From contig CM059431.1 in NCBI GenBank assembly GCA_030390025.1, positions 149,112,001-149,176,000 of the forward strand: 64,000 bases of DNA. Reading direction: 5' to 3'. This DNA is from Squalus acanthias. Its lineage: Eukaryota. The notes under the pieces were generated by a model. The model worked only from the letters and a program-made list of their open reading frames with translations, was not told where the DNA came from and made no database searches. How positions within the stretch are numbered: the first letter of the stretch is position 1; the number at the start of each line of letters is the position of its first letter. Positions 36,878 through 50,557 of the stretch are shown piece by piece. Made by a program: the position numbers and the translations under genes.

Positions 36878-38445
36878 CATAGAATCATAGAATCATAGAA
36901 TCATAGAAGTTAGAAGCAGGAGTAGGCCATTCGGCCCCGCTAGCCTGCTTCGCCATTCAATGCAATCATGGCTGATCATCCAAATACAGTACCCTGTACC
37001 TGCTTTCTCCCCATATCGCTTGATCCCTTTAGCCTTAAGAAATATATCCAACTCCTTCTTGAATCTATTTAATGAATTGGCCTCTACTGCCTTCTGTGGC
37101 AGAGAATTCCACAGGTTCACCAATCTCTGGGTGGTAGGTCCATGGAATATGCTACTTAAAAAGCTGTAGAAGCTACATCATTACATAAATTTAAAACAGA
37201 AATAGACAGTTTCCTACAAGTAAAGGGAATAAGGGTTACGGGGAGCGCGCAGGAATTTGGACATGAGTCTAGGTTCGGATCGGTCATGGCCCTGTGGGTA
37301 GCATAGCGGGCCCAGGGGCCGTGTAGCCTGATCCTGCTCCTATTTTGTTTGTCCAATTCTGTTAGGTTCAGGAGATGCTTCTGTGATAGTAGATTGGCGG
37401 TTAGAATCAGATCAGCCATGAGCATATTGAATGGCGGAGCAGGCTCGAGGGGCCAATTGGACTACTCCTGCTTCTATTTCTTATGTTCTTATGTTCTTAT
37501 GTTAATTCCTCCTCATTTCTGTCCTAAATGGCTTACCCCTTATCCTTAGACTGTGACCTCTGGTTCTGGACTCCCCGACCATCGGGATCATCCTTCCTGC
37601 ATCTAGTTTGTCCTGTCCTGTTAGAATTTTATAAGTGTCAATGAGATCCCCTCTCATTCTTCTAAACTCCAGCGAGTTTAAACCCAATCGATCCAATCTC
37701 TCTTCATACGTAATTCCTGCCATCCCAGGTATCAGCCTTGTGAATCTTCACTGAACTCCTTCCATGGCAAGAATATCCTTCCTCAGATAAGGCGACCAAA
37801 ACTGCACACAGTATTCAAGGTGTGGTCTCACCAAGGCCCTGTACAACTGCAGCAGGACATCCTTGTTCCTGTACTCAAACCCTCTCGCTATGAAGGCCAA
37901 CATACCAATGGCTTCTTAACCGCCTGCTGCACCTGCATGCTTACCTTCAGCGACAGGTGCACAAGGACACCCAGGTCACATTGCTCTTCCCCTTCTCCCA
38001 ATCTATTGCCATTCAGATAATAATCTGCCTTTTTGTTTTTGACACCAAAGTGGATAACCTCGCAGTTATCCACGTTATATTGCATCTGCCACGCTTCTGC
38101 CCAATCACCCAACCTGTCCAAATCATCCTGAAGTTTCTCGGCATCCTCCTCGCAGCACACACGCCCACCCAGTTTTGTGCCGTCTGCAAACTTGGAGATA
38201 TTACATCTAGTTCCCTTGTCTAGATCATTAATATATATTGTGAATAGCTGGGGTCCAAGGATCGATCCCTGCTGTACCCCACTAGTCACTGCCTGCCACT
38301 TGGAAGAGGACCCGTTTATTCCAACTCTTTGCTTTCTGTCTGACAACCAGTTCTCTATCCAAGTCAATACCTTGCCCCCAATCCCATGTGCCTTAACTTT
38401 ACACGCTAATCACTTATGCGGGACCTTATCAAAACCCTTTCGGAA
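36878..38445 (-). mobile_element. CR1 3' part with nested plus-strand CR1 3' ends at ~37135-37502
   Basis: (ATAGAATC)n tail at 36879-36908; ISKFADGTKLGG; nested (TTCTTATG)n tail ending ~37502. Confidence 0.88.
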
Positions 38446-39704
38446 GTTCTTAGGGAGTCCTATTAAGGAGGGAGTCTCACCATCAGAGACCCATTGAAAG
38501 AAGGAGTATTTCTATCAGGGAGCCCTTTTGAAGTGAGTCTTACTATCAGGGACCTCTTTTAAAGTGTGAGTCTCACCATCAGAGAACCATTTTAAGCAAC
38601 GAGTCTCAAACACAGGGATGCCTTTTAAAGAGGGAGTCTCACCATCAGGGACCTCTTTTAAAATGAGTGTCTCACCAACAGAAAAGAGAGAGTATTTTAA
38701 TCAGGGACCCCTTTTAAAGTGAATCTTCCTATTGGAGGGAATGTCTCCATCAGGGACATCTTTTAAAGAAGCTTTCTCCCTATCAGGAACAATTTTAAAT
38801 AGGGAGTCCCACCATTTAGGACCCCTTTTAAAGAGGGTGTCTCTCCATCAGGGACCCCTTTTAAAGAGCGTGTAACACCACCAGGGACCCCTTTTAATAG
38901 GGAGTCTCAACAACAGGCACCACTTTTAAAGAGGGATTCTCACCATTAAGGAAACCCCTTTTAAAGAGAGAGTCTATCCTTCAGGACCCCTTTTAAGGAG
39001 GGTGTCTCAACATCAGGGACCCCTTTTAAAGAGGGAGTCTCACCATCAGTGACCCCATTTAAAAGGGAGTGCCCCAATCAGGGACCCCGTTTAAGGACAG
39101 TCTCACCATCAGGGGCCCCTTTTAAAGAGGCTCACCTTGAGGGACACCTTTTAAAGAAAGAATCTCCACATTAGGGATCCCTTTTAAAGAAGGAGACTCA
39201 CCATCAGAGACAGTTTCAAAGAGGGAGTCTTTCTATCAGGGAGCCCTTTTAAAGATGGATTCTCACCCTCGGGGTCCCATTTTAATGTCAGAGTCTTTCT
39301 ATTAAGGACCCCTTTGAAAGAGTGAGTCTTTCTGTCAGGAACCTCTTTTAAACGGAATCTTCCGATAAGGGACACCTTTTAAAGAGAGAGTCTCACCATC
39401 AAGGACCACTTTTAAAGAGGGAGTGTCACCATCAGGGACACTTTTAAAAAGTGGGTGTTTCCCCAGCAGGGACCACCTTTAAAGAGGGAGTCTCACGATC
39501 AGTGTCTCGGTTTAAAGTGCGTGATTCAGCTTCAGGAACACTTTTTAAAGAGAGAATCTCACCATCAGGGGCCCCTTTTAAAGAGGGAGTATCCCGATCA
39601 GGAACACCTTTTTAATAGAGAATCTTTCCACCACGGACCCCTTTTAAAGAGGGAGTCTCACCTTTCGTGATCCTGTTTAAAGTTGGAGTTTCAGCATCAG
39701 GGAC

Positions 39705-41142
39705 CGCTGTTCCATAATTCAAGAAGGGGAATAGGGATACACCAGGGAATTCCAGGCCAGTGAGCCTTAAATCACTGATAGTGAAATTATTGGAAAAAAT
39801 TCTGAGGGACAGAATCAGTCTCCACTTGGAGAGGCAAGGATTAATCAAGGATAGTCAGCATGGCTTTTTCAGGGGGAGATCATGTCTAACCAATTTGATT
39901 GCATTTTTCGAGGGGGTGACTAGGTGTGTTGATGAGGGTCGTGCAGTTGATGTAGTCTACATGGTCTTAAGTAAGGCTTTTGACAAACTCTCGCATCGGA
40001 GACTGGTCAAGAAGGTAAGAGCCCATGGGATCCAGGGCAATTTGGTACATAGGATCTATAATTGGTTTAGTGGCAGCAGGCACAGGGTGATGGTCGAAGG
40101 TTATTTTTGTGACTGGAAGCCTGTGTCCAGTGGTGTACCGCAGGCATCGGTGCTGGGTCCCTTGCTGTTTGTAGTGTACATTAATGAATTAGATATAAAT
40201 GTAGGAGGTATGATCATTAAGTTCGCAGATGACACGAAAATTGGTGGAGTGGTAAATAGCGAGGAGGGAAGCCTCAGGCTACAGGACAATATAGAGGGGC
40301 TGTTCAGATGGGCAGAACAGTGGCAATTGGAATTAACCCTGAAACGAGTGAGGTGAAGCATTTTGAGAGGACTAGCAAGGCAAGGGAATAAACTATTAAT
40401 GGTAGGACCCTAGGAAGGACAGAGGATCGGAGGGACCTTGGTGTGCATGTACATAGATCCCTGAAGGCAGCAGGACAGGTAGATAAGATGGTTAAGAAGC
40501 CATATGGGATACTTGCCTTCATTAGCCGAGGCATAGAATATAAGAGCAGGGAGGATATGATGGAGCTGTACAAAACGCAAGTTAGGCCACAGCTGGAATA
40601 TTGTGTGCACTTCTGGTCGCCACACTATAGGAAGGATGTGATTGCTTTAGAGAGGGTGCAGAGGTGATTCACAAGGATGTTACCTGGGCTGGAAAGTTGC
40701 AGCTATGAAGAGAGACTGGACAGGCTGAGGTTGTTTTCCTTAGAGCAGAGATGGCTGAGGATGGACCTGATTGAGGTGTACAAAATTATGAGGGGCATAG
40801 ATAGGGTAGATAGAAAGGAACTTTTCCCCTTAGTAGAGGGGTCAATAACCAGGGGGCATAGTTTCAAGGTAAGTGGCAGGAGGTTTAGAAGGGATTTGAG
40901 GAAAAAATAATCACCCAGAGAGTGGTTGGAATCTGGAACTTACTGCCTGAAAGTTTGGTGGAGGCAGGAATACTCACAACATTCAAGAAGCATTTATATG
41001 AGCACTTGAAACGCCATAGCATACAAGGTTACGGACCAAATGCTTCAAAATGGGATTAGAGTAAATAGTGCTTTATGGCCGGCGCAAACACGATGGGCCG
41101 AAGGGCCTCTTTCTGTGCTGTATAACTCTATGAATCTATGAC
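39705..41142 (+). mobile_element. CR1 3' portion inserted in the satellite
   Basis: QHGF, KFADDTKIGG, RPQLEYCVHFWSP; ctatga tail. Confidence 0.92.
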
Positions 41143-41655
41143 AATATTTTAACGAGATAGTCTCTCCCTCAGGGACTCGTTTTAAAGAGAGAGTCTCACC
41201 ATCAGGGACCCTTTTAAATGGAGAGGTTCACCATCAAGGTACCCATATAAACAGGGAGTCTCACCATCAGGGACACGTTTTAATGATAGTCTCACCATCA
41301 GGGACCAATTTTAAAGAGGGAGTCATCCCATCAGGGACCACTTTTAAAGAGAGAGTCTCGCCATCAAGGACCCCTTTTAAACAGGGAGTCTCACTATCAG
41401 GAACCCCTTTTAAAGAGGCTGTTTCAAAATCAGGGACCCGTTTTAAAGAGAGAGTCTCAACATCGGGGGCACCTTTTAATGAGGGAGTATACCCATCAGG
41501 GACCCCTTTTAAAGAGAGGGTCTCAACATCAGGGTACGCTTTTAAAGAGGATGTCTCACCATCAGGGTCCCCTATTAAATGGAGTCTCATCATCAGGGAT
41601 CCCTTTTAAAGAGGGAAACTTCCCATCAGGGACCCTATTAAAGAGGGAGTCTCAC

Positions 41656-42100
41656 ATAGAAACATAGAAACATAGAAGATAGGAGCAGGAGTAGCCAATC
41701 AGCCCCTCGAGCCTGCTCCGCCATTCAATGAGATCATGGCTGATCATCCAAATTAAGTACACTGTACCTGCCTTCTCCCCATATCCTTTGATAACTTTAG
41801 CTTTAAGAAATATATCTAACTCATTCTTGAATATATTTAATGACTTGGCCTCAACTACCTTCTGGGATAGAGAATTCCACAGGTTCACCATTCTCTGGGG
41901 GAAGAAATTCTTCCTCATTTCTGTCCGAAATGGCTTACCACTTATCCTTAGATTATGACCCCTGGTTCTGGACTCTCCGACCATCGGGAACATTCTTCCT
42001 GCATCTAGTTTATCCAGACCTGTCAGAATTTTATATGGTTCGATGAGATCCCCTCTCATTCTTCTATACTCCAGCGAGTATAAGCCCAATCGACCCAATC
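41656..42100 (-). mobile_element. 5'-truncated CR1 inserted in the satellite
   Basis: (CATAGAAA)n tail; RLGLYSLEYRRMRGDLIE. Confidence 0.9.
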
Positions 42101-45100
42101 ACACTATCAGGGACCACTTTTAAAGAGAGTGTCTTTCTATCAGGGACCCCTTTTAAGGAGGGAGACTCATCCTCGGGGACTCTTCTTAAAGAGAGAGTCT
42201 ATCTATCAAGGACCCCTTTTAAAGATGGAGTCTCCCCAATAGGGAACCCTTTTAAAGAGGCTCACCAGCAGGGACCCCTTTAAAGAGGGTGTTTCAGCAT
42301 CAGGGACTCCTATTAAAGAGGGAGTATCACCATCAGGGACCCATTTTAAAGAGACAGTCTCAACATATGGGACCACTTTTAAAGAGGGAGTCTCACCATC
42401 AGGGACCCTTTTTAAAGAGGGAGTCTCACCATCACGGACCCTTTTTAAAGAGGGAGTCTCACGCTCAGGGACCACTTTTAAAGAGGACGTCTTTCTATCA
42501 GGTACCCCAATTAATGGGAGAGTATCTCCACCAGGGACCCCATCACGGATCACTTTTAAACAGGGAGACTCACCGTCAGACACAATTTTAAAGAGCGAGT
42601 CTTTATATCAGGGACACCTTTTAAAGAGGCTCTCTCTCTATCAGGGACCCTTTTTAAAGAGGTAGTCTCACCATCAGGGTCTCCTTTTAAAAAGGGAGTC
42701 TCACCATCTGGGTCTCCTTTTAAAGAGGGAGTCTCATCATCAGTGTCCCCTTTTAAAGAGGGATACTTAACATAAGGATCCCCTTTTAAAGAGGGTGTCT
42801 CACCATCAGGGAGCCCTTTTGAAGTTATTTTTACCATCAGGGTCCCCTTTTAAAGGGGGAGTCTTAAGATAAGGACCCCTTTTAAAGAGAGGGTCTCACC
42901 GTCAGAGACCCTTTAAATGAGGTAGTCTTTCTATCAGGGAGCACTTTTAAAGAGGGAGTCTCACCGTCAGAGAACCTTTTAAAGAGGGAGTTTTTCTATC
43001 AGGTACCCCTTTTAAATAGGGTCTCACCCTTGGGGACACATTTTAAATACATTCTTACCATCAGGGACTCAGTTTAAAGAGAGAGTCTTTATATCATAGA
43101 CACCTTCTAAAGTGGGCGTTTTTCTATCAGACCCCATAAAGAGAGAGTCTCCCCATTAGGGACACTTTTAAAGAGGAAGCTCACCATCAGGGACCGCTTT
43201 TAAAGAGGATTTTTCAGCATCAGGAACTCCGATAAAAGAGAGAGTATAACACTCAGGGACCACTTTTAAAGAGGAAGTCTTTCTATCAGGGACCCCTTTT
43301 AAAGTGATTCTTACTATCAGGGACCGCTTTTAAAGAGGGAGTCGCCCCAACAGGGACCCGTTTTAAAGAGAGTTTCACCAACAGGGACCCCTTTTAAAGA
43401 GAGTGTCTCACCATCGGGGACCCCTTTTAAAGGGGGCCTGTCTCCATCAGGGTCACATATTAAAGAGGGTGTCTCCCCATCAGGGACACCTTTTAAAGAG
43501 GGTGTCTCCACATCAGGGACCCCCTTTTAAGAGGGACTCTCCCCAACAGGTACAACTTTTAAACAGAGTTTCAGCTACAGGGGCCCCTTTTCATGAGGGA
43601 GTCTCACCATCGGGGACCTCTTTTAAAGAGGGAGTCTCACCATAAGGTGTCCCTTTTTAAGAGGGAGTCTCACCATCAGGTACCCCTTTTAAAGGGAGAG
43701 TCTCAACTTTAGGGGCCCAATTAAAGAGGGAGTCTCACCATCAAGGGCCCATTTTAACGAGAGAGTCTCAACTTTAGGGGCCCAATTAAAGAGGGAGTCT
43801 CACCATCAAGGACCCATTTTAAACGAGAGAGTCTCCCCATTAGGGATCCATTTTAAAGAGGCAGTCTCTACATCAGAGACCCCTTTTAAAGAGAGAGTCT
43901 CACCATCCGGGTCCACTTTTAAAGAGGGCGTCTCACCATCAGGGACCTATTTAATAGGGGGAGTCATCATTAGGGACCCCTTCTAAAGAGAGAGTCTTTC
44001 TTTCAGGGACCCCTTTTAAAAAGGGAGTCTCACCCTCGGGGATTCTTTTTAAAGAGAGAGACTTTCTATCAGGGACCCCTTTTACAGATAGAGTCTCCGC
44101 ATTAGGGACACCTTTTAAAGAGGCTCACCATCAGAGATCACTTTTAAAAAGGGTGGTTAAGCATTAGAGACCCCTTTTCAAGAGGGAGTCTCACCATCAG
44201 AGACCCTTTTAAAGAGGGTGTCTTTCTATCAAGGACACCTTTTAAAGAGGGTGTCTCACCATCAGGGGCCCCCTATAAAGAGGGAGTCTCACCATCAGGG
44301 ACACATTTTAAAGAGGGAGTCTCACCATCAGTGGCCCATTTTAAAGAGGGAATCTCACCGTCAGAGACCTTTTTATAGAGGGAGTCTTTCTATCAGGGAC
44401 ACCTTTTAAAGAGGCTGTCTCACCATAAGGGTCAACTTTTAAAGAGGGAGTCTCACCATCAGGGGCCCATTTTAAAGAGACAGTATCAACATCAGGGACC
44501 ACTTTTAAAGAGAGAGTCTCAACATCAAGGTTCCCTTTTAAAGAGGAAGTCTTTCGATCAGGGAGCCCTTTTAAAGAATCGCTTACCATCAGCGATCCCT
44601 TTTAAAGATGGAGTCTTTCTATCAGGTACCCCTTTTAAATAGGGTCTCACCCTTGGGGACTCATATTAAAGAGATTCTTACCATCAGGGACCCTTTTTAA
44701 AGAGAAAGTCTCAAACTCAAGGACCCCTTTTAAAGAGGGTGTCTCACAATTAGGGACTCATTTTAAAGAGAGAGTCTTTATATCAGAGACACCTTTTAAA
44801 GAGGGCGTTTTTCTATCAGAGACCCCATAAAGAGAGAGTCTCCCCATTAGGGACACTTTCAAAGAGGAAGCTCACCATCAGGGACCGCTTTTAAAGAGGA
44901 TTTTTAAGCATCAGGGACTCCGATTAAAGAGGGAGTGTCACCCTCAGGGACCACTTTTAAAGAGGGAGTCGCACCATCAGGGCCCTTTTAAAGAGGGAGT
45001 CTTTCTATCAGGGACACCTTTTAAAGAGGGAGTCTAACCATCAGGGGCCCCTTTTAAAGAGGGAGTCTCACCATCAGTGTCCCATTTTAAAGAGAGAATC

Positions 45101-46749
45101 TGACCAACATAGACCCTTTTAAAAAGGGATTCTTTCTTTCAAGGACCCCTTTTAATGAGAGAGACTCCCCATTAGGGCTCCCTTTTAAAGAAGATGTCTC
45201 ACCATCAGGGATCCCTTTTAAATGGATAGTCCATCTATCAGAGAGTCCTTTTAAAGTGTTTCTTCCCATCAGGGACCCCTATTAAATATTCAGTCTCACC
45301 ATCAGCACCCATTTTAAAGAGAGCGTTTTTCTAGTGAGAGAGTCTCCCCCCATTAGGGACTCATATTAAAGAGGGAGCCTCTCCAGATTGGACCCCTTTT
45401 AAAGAGGGCGTTCACCATCAGGGAACCCTTTAAAAGAAGGAGTCTCACCATCAGGGACCTCTTTTAGCGAGAGTGCCTCCCCATAAGGGAACCCTTTGAA
45501 AGAAGCAGTCTCACAATCACCTTTTAAAGAGGGAGTCTCACCATAAGCGGCCGCTTATAAAGAGGGAATCTCACCATCAGGGACCATTTTAAACGAGAGT
45601 CTCTCCCCATTAGGGATCCCTTTGAATGAGGAAGTCTCACTATCAGAGTCCCCTTTTAAAGAGAGGCTCTCACTGTCAGGGACATATTTTAAAGAGGGTG
45701 TTTCAGCATCAGGGACTCCTATTAAAGGGGGTGTCTCACCATATGTGACCCATTTAAAGAGGGAGTCTGACCATCGGGGAAGCCCTTAAATGAGGGAGCC
45801 TAACCATCAGGGACCCCTTTTAGTGAGAGAGTCTCTGCAGAAGGGAACCCTTTTAAAGAAGCAATCTCACCATCAGAGATCTCTTTTAAAGAGGGTGTCT
45901 CACCATAAGGGACCCCTTTTAAAGCGGGTGCATCGACTTCAGGGATCCCTTTTAAAGAGAGAGTATATCCACTAGGGAGCCCTTTTAAAGATGGAGTCTC
46001 ACGATCAGGGACCCCTTTTAAAGAGGGAGTTTCACCATCAGGGACCTATTTTAAAGAGAGAGTCTTTCTATCAAGGACCCCTTTTAAAGAGGGCGTATTT
46101 CTATCAGGGACCCCTGAAGAGAGACCCTCCCCAGTAGGGACACTTTTAAAGTGGCAGACTCACCATCAGGGATCACTTTTGAAGTGGTTGTTTCAGCATC
46201 AGGTATTCCGATTAAAGAGGGAATCTCACCATCAGTGACCACATTTAAAGAGTGAGTCACTCCATCAGGGACCCCTTTTAAAGAGAGAATTTCACCATCA
46301 GTGTCCATTTTAAAGAGGGAGTCTTTCTATCAGGGGAGCCTTTTTAATTGCGTATTACCATCAGGGACCCCTTTTAAAGAGGTAGAGTCTTCTTCAGGGG
46401 CTCCTTGTAAAGAGGGAGTCTAAACATCAGGGCCCACTTTTTAAGAGGGAATCTCCCCAACACGGACCCCTTTAATAGAGAGTCTCACCATCAGGGGCCC
46501 CTTTAAATGCGGGAGTCTCACTATAAGGGGTCCCTTTTAAAGAGGACGTCTCAACATCAGAGAGCCCTTTTAAATGAGAGAGTCTCCACATTAGGCATCC
46601 CTTTTAAAGAGGAAGTCTCCCCATCAGAGACACCTTTTAAAGAGAGAATCTCACCATTAGGGTCCCCAATTAAAGAGGATGTATCCCCTTCAGTGACCAC
46701 TATTAATGAGAGAGTCGCTCTACCAGGGACCCATTTTAAAGAGGGAGCA

Positions 46750-47070
46750 ATACGGGGCAATACGGTGAAATAGTGGTTATCACTGTTGCCTCACAGTGCC
46801 AGGGACCCGTGTACGTATCCAGCCACAGGTGACCGTCAGTGTGGAGTTTGCACATTCTCCCCGTGTCTGCGTGGGTTTCCCCCGGGTGCTCCGGTTTCCT
46901 CCCACAGTCCAAAGATGTGCGGGTTAGGTTGATTTGGCTAAGATAAATTGACCCTTAGTGTTAGGGGGATTAAATACGTGGGGTTACGGGGATAGGCTGG
47001 GATATGTGTCGGTGCAGGCTCGATTTGCCGAAATGGCCTCTATCTGCACTGTGGAGATTCTGCGATTCTG
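46750..47070 (+). mobile_element. HE1-like V-SINE
   Basis: tRNA head tagtggttatcactgttgcctcacagtgccagggaccc; V-domain gtggagtttgcacattctccccgtgtctgcgtgggtttcc...cccacagtccaaagatgtgc; CR1-type tail. Confidence 0.88.
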
Positions 47071-47992
47071 ACCATCAGGTACCCTTATCAGAACGGTGTC
47101 TCAGCATCTGGTACCCCTTTTAAAGAGGGAGTCTTTCTATCAGGGACCTCTTTTAAAGAGGGAGTCGCACCCTCGGGAACGCATTTTAAAGAGAAAGTCT
47201 ATCTATCAGGGATCCCTTTTAAAGACTCGTCTTTCTTTTAGCGAATCCTTTTAAAGAGAGATTCCACCCTATAGGAACAACTTTTAAAGAGGCACTCTCA
47301 CCATCAGGGACACCTTTTGAAGCGGGTGTTTCAGCATCAGTGACTCCTATTTAAGAGGGAGTCTCAACATCAGGGAGCTCATTTAAAGAGGGAGTCTTTC
47401 TATCAGCGAGCCCTTTTAATGTTAGTCTTATCATCAGGGACCCAGTTTTAAAAAGTGAGTCTCAAAATCAGAGATCCATTTTCAAGATGAAGTGAGTTTC
47501 ACCATCAGAGATCCCTTTTAAAGAAAGAGTCTCTCCATCACGGACCCCTTTTAAAGAGGGTGCTTAGCCACAGGGACCCCTTTTGAAGAGGGTGTCTCCC
47601 CATCCGGACCCCTTTTTAAGATGGAGTCTCCCCAATAGGGACCTCTTTTAAAGAGGGAGCCTCTCCATCAGGAACCCCTTTTACAGAGGGAGTCCCACCA
47701 TCAGGGACACATTTTAATTAGGGCGTCTCCCGATCAGGGACCCCTTTTAAAGAGAGAATCTCCCCATTGGGGACGCGTTTTAAAGAGGATCACCATCAGG
47801 AAACCCTTTTGAAGGGAAAGTTCACCTTCAGAGACAACTTTTAAAGATACAGTCTCACCATCAGGGATACCTTTTGAAGATGAAGTCTCACCGTCAGAGA
47901 CCCTTTTAAAGAGGAAATCTTTCTATCAGGGAAACCTTTTAAAGAGGGTGTCTCCCCATCAGGGACCTTTTTAAAGAGGGAGTCTTTCTATC

Positions 47993-48522
47993 TGAGGAAG
48001 GATGTTCTTGCCATGGAAGCAGTTCAGCGAAGATTCACAAGGCTGATACTATGGGATTGCAAGAATGACATATGAGGAGAGATTGGCTCGATTGGGCTTA
48101 TACTCGCTGGAGTATAGAAGAATGAGAGGGGATCTCATCGAAACATATAAAATTCTGACAGGTCTGGACAAACTAGATGCAGGAAGAATGTTCCCGGTGG
48201 TCGGAGAGTCCAGAACCAGGGGTTATAATCTAAGGATAAGGGGTAAGCCATTTCGGACAGAAATGAGGAAGAATTTCTTCACCCAGAGAGTGGTGAACCT
48301 GTAGAATTCTCTACCACAGAAGGTAGTTGAGCCCAAGTCATTAAAAATATTCAAGAATGAGTTAGATATCTTTCTTAAAGCTAAAGGTATCATGGGAGAT
48401 GGGGAGAAGGCAGGTAAAGGGTACTGTGTTTGGATGATCAGCCATGATCTCATCGAATGGCAGAGCAGGCTCGAGGGGCCGAATGGCCTACTCCTGCTCC
48501 TATCTTCTATGTTTCTATGTTT
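47993..48522 (+). mobile_element. 5'-truncated CR1 (same subfamily as 41656-42100)
   Basis: YEERLARLGLYSLEYRRMRGDLIE; (TTCTATGT)n tail. Confidence 0.9.
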
Positions 48523-49042
48523 AACAGCGAGCCATTTTAATGTGAGTCTTACCATCACGGACACCTTTTAAAGATGGAGTCTCAACATATAGAAACCTTT
48601 TAAAGAGGGAGTCTCAACATCAGGGACAGCTTTTAAAGAGTGAGTCTCTTTATCAGAGACCCTTTTAAAGGGGGAGTCTTTCTATCAGGGTGTCCATTTA
48701 AAGAGAGTTTTACCATCCGGGACCAGTTTTAAAGATGGAGTCTCACCATCAGGGATCCTTTTTGAAGAGAGCGTCTCAACATCAGGGACCCCTCTTAAAG
48801 AGCGAGTCTCACCACCAGGGACCACTTTTAAAGAGAGACTATCTCCATTAGGGATCACTTTTAAAGAAGAAGTCTCACCATCAGGGATCCCTTTTAAAGA
48901 GGGAGTCTTTCTAACAGGGAGTCCTTTTAAAGAGGGAGACTCACCATCAGAGGCCCAATTAAAAAGTGAGTCGCAGCATCAAGGACTCCTTTTAAAGTGG
49001 GTGTAGCCCCTTCAGGGACACATTTTAAGGAGAGAGTCTCTC

Positions 49043-50329
49043 TGAAGCGATAATTATTAGTCCTGGCCCCTTTAGGGCTACCCCGGATCAGGCGTATTCC
49101 CCAGACGTTCACTTTCAACTGAAGTTTGAGGTAGCCGAATTCTAAAGACGCTTAATTGGGTCTTAAGGTCCAAACTAACTCTCCCTAAAGGAAAGGAACA
49201 ACCTAAAGATGTTACCGTCCTCCAGATAGCACTTTTAATACGTTTAGCTAACCTGTAATATTCTGGATATTATGAGGGTCCGGAAAACTCCCTCAGAATT
49301 CTGCAACTCCTCACCAAAGAGTGTACAGAGATTCAGTTTGCGGATTTGATACAGAAATACTATTTTAGACAATTCTAACAATATATAGATTTATTAAAGA
49401 ACCGACATGGAATTTACAGTTGGAGATTCAATCGCAACATTAACAGTTCCAAAAACAGAAATCTTACAATTCTATTATCAGAGATCCTCATTCTCAAATC
49501 TTAAAATCGCTAGTTTTACATTTCTTAGTTTATTCCAAAATATCCACCAAGATACAAAGATTTGTAGACTTACAGAGCCTGCCTCTGAAGCCGAGAATCG
49601 CGTTGCCCCTTTACACCGAATCTATCATCCCATTTGAAAATCTAATTTTTATACTCCTTTTCAGTGGTATTTCCTTTGAAGTTTTCTGCTGATGTAAGCT
49701 AATTATCGCTAGTCATTTTTCTGTTGACCCCTGCGATTCTTACAGTCAGTTTAGCTGGTAGCAAGCAGACTCGTGTCTCTCCTTTATGTGTTCGAGGCTT
49801 ATCTTAAAAACGATGTGACCAGCTGGTGCAGCTATTTGATGTCATTTTTACCCAGGTCTTCTATGCAATTCATAAGTCACCTCAGTTGTTTGCAACACAG
49901 AATCGTGTCTCCTAGGTGTTCGATTTTCAACACAAAAACAATGTGACGGCTGATGCCTTACCAAATTGATGCCATTCCCACGAATGCATATGTTTCTTAA
50001 TTTTCTGTGATTCTTTTTATGTCATTTTTACGAAGACATATGTTTCTTCTTTTTTTGTGTATTTCTTTCCAAAGAGTTATTTAAGACACCTTAACAGTGT
50101 ATACCATTGTGTTCTTTCCAAGCCTTCAGACTTCAGGAACCTTTAACCTTCTGTTTCAACAAGGCTATTGATTCAGTTTCAAAAACTTTTCTTATCTCAA
50201 TAGCCTGTATACTGTTTACAGCTTTTCCATTGTTAGTGTTTTTGATTTTCATCCCAGTTTGTCATGTTACAAAGGCCAGAATATTAAATAGAATTATGTA
50301 TTTTTCTGAAAAAGGCTTATTCCTTCACA
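49043..50329 (-). repeat. ERV 3' LTR (1287 bp)
   Basis: Diverged direct repeat of 56327-57640; PPT AAGAGTGGGG on the minus strand at 50330-50339. Confidence 0.92.
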
Positions 50330-50557
50330 CCCCACTCTTGACCAAACAATGTACTCAATACATTAGGGCACAGTTTGCTCAATATTACAAATATGGTTAC
50401 AATAGGACATTAATTTCACGAAATTCACAAGAGCCTTATCATGTGTTACATGAAAATTCCTTTTAAGTCATCCTAGTACAATGTTTTGCCTTATTTTAAA
50501 TTGAACACAATTTAAAAGGATGATAGGTACATTGTCATGTAATTAGCGAAACCACAT

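Noticed and set aside
46750..46830. tRNA gene
   Set aside because: It is the degenerate tRNA-derived head of an HE1-like SINE.
34598..49042. Many ORFs with an 11-aa repeat (SPSGTPFKEGV), and a CRISPR-like look from the ~33-bp palindromic repeat
   Set aside because: Units are head-to-tail with no unique spacers, there are no cas genes and the context is vertebrate; ORFs arise because 33 is divisible by 3.
50107..50466. 119-aa plus-strand ORF overlapping the ERV 3' LTR as a possible antisense accessory gene
   Set aside because: Non-ATG start, AT-rich, and the equivalent frame in the other LTR (57420-57602) closes after 60 codons; no recognisable motif.
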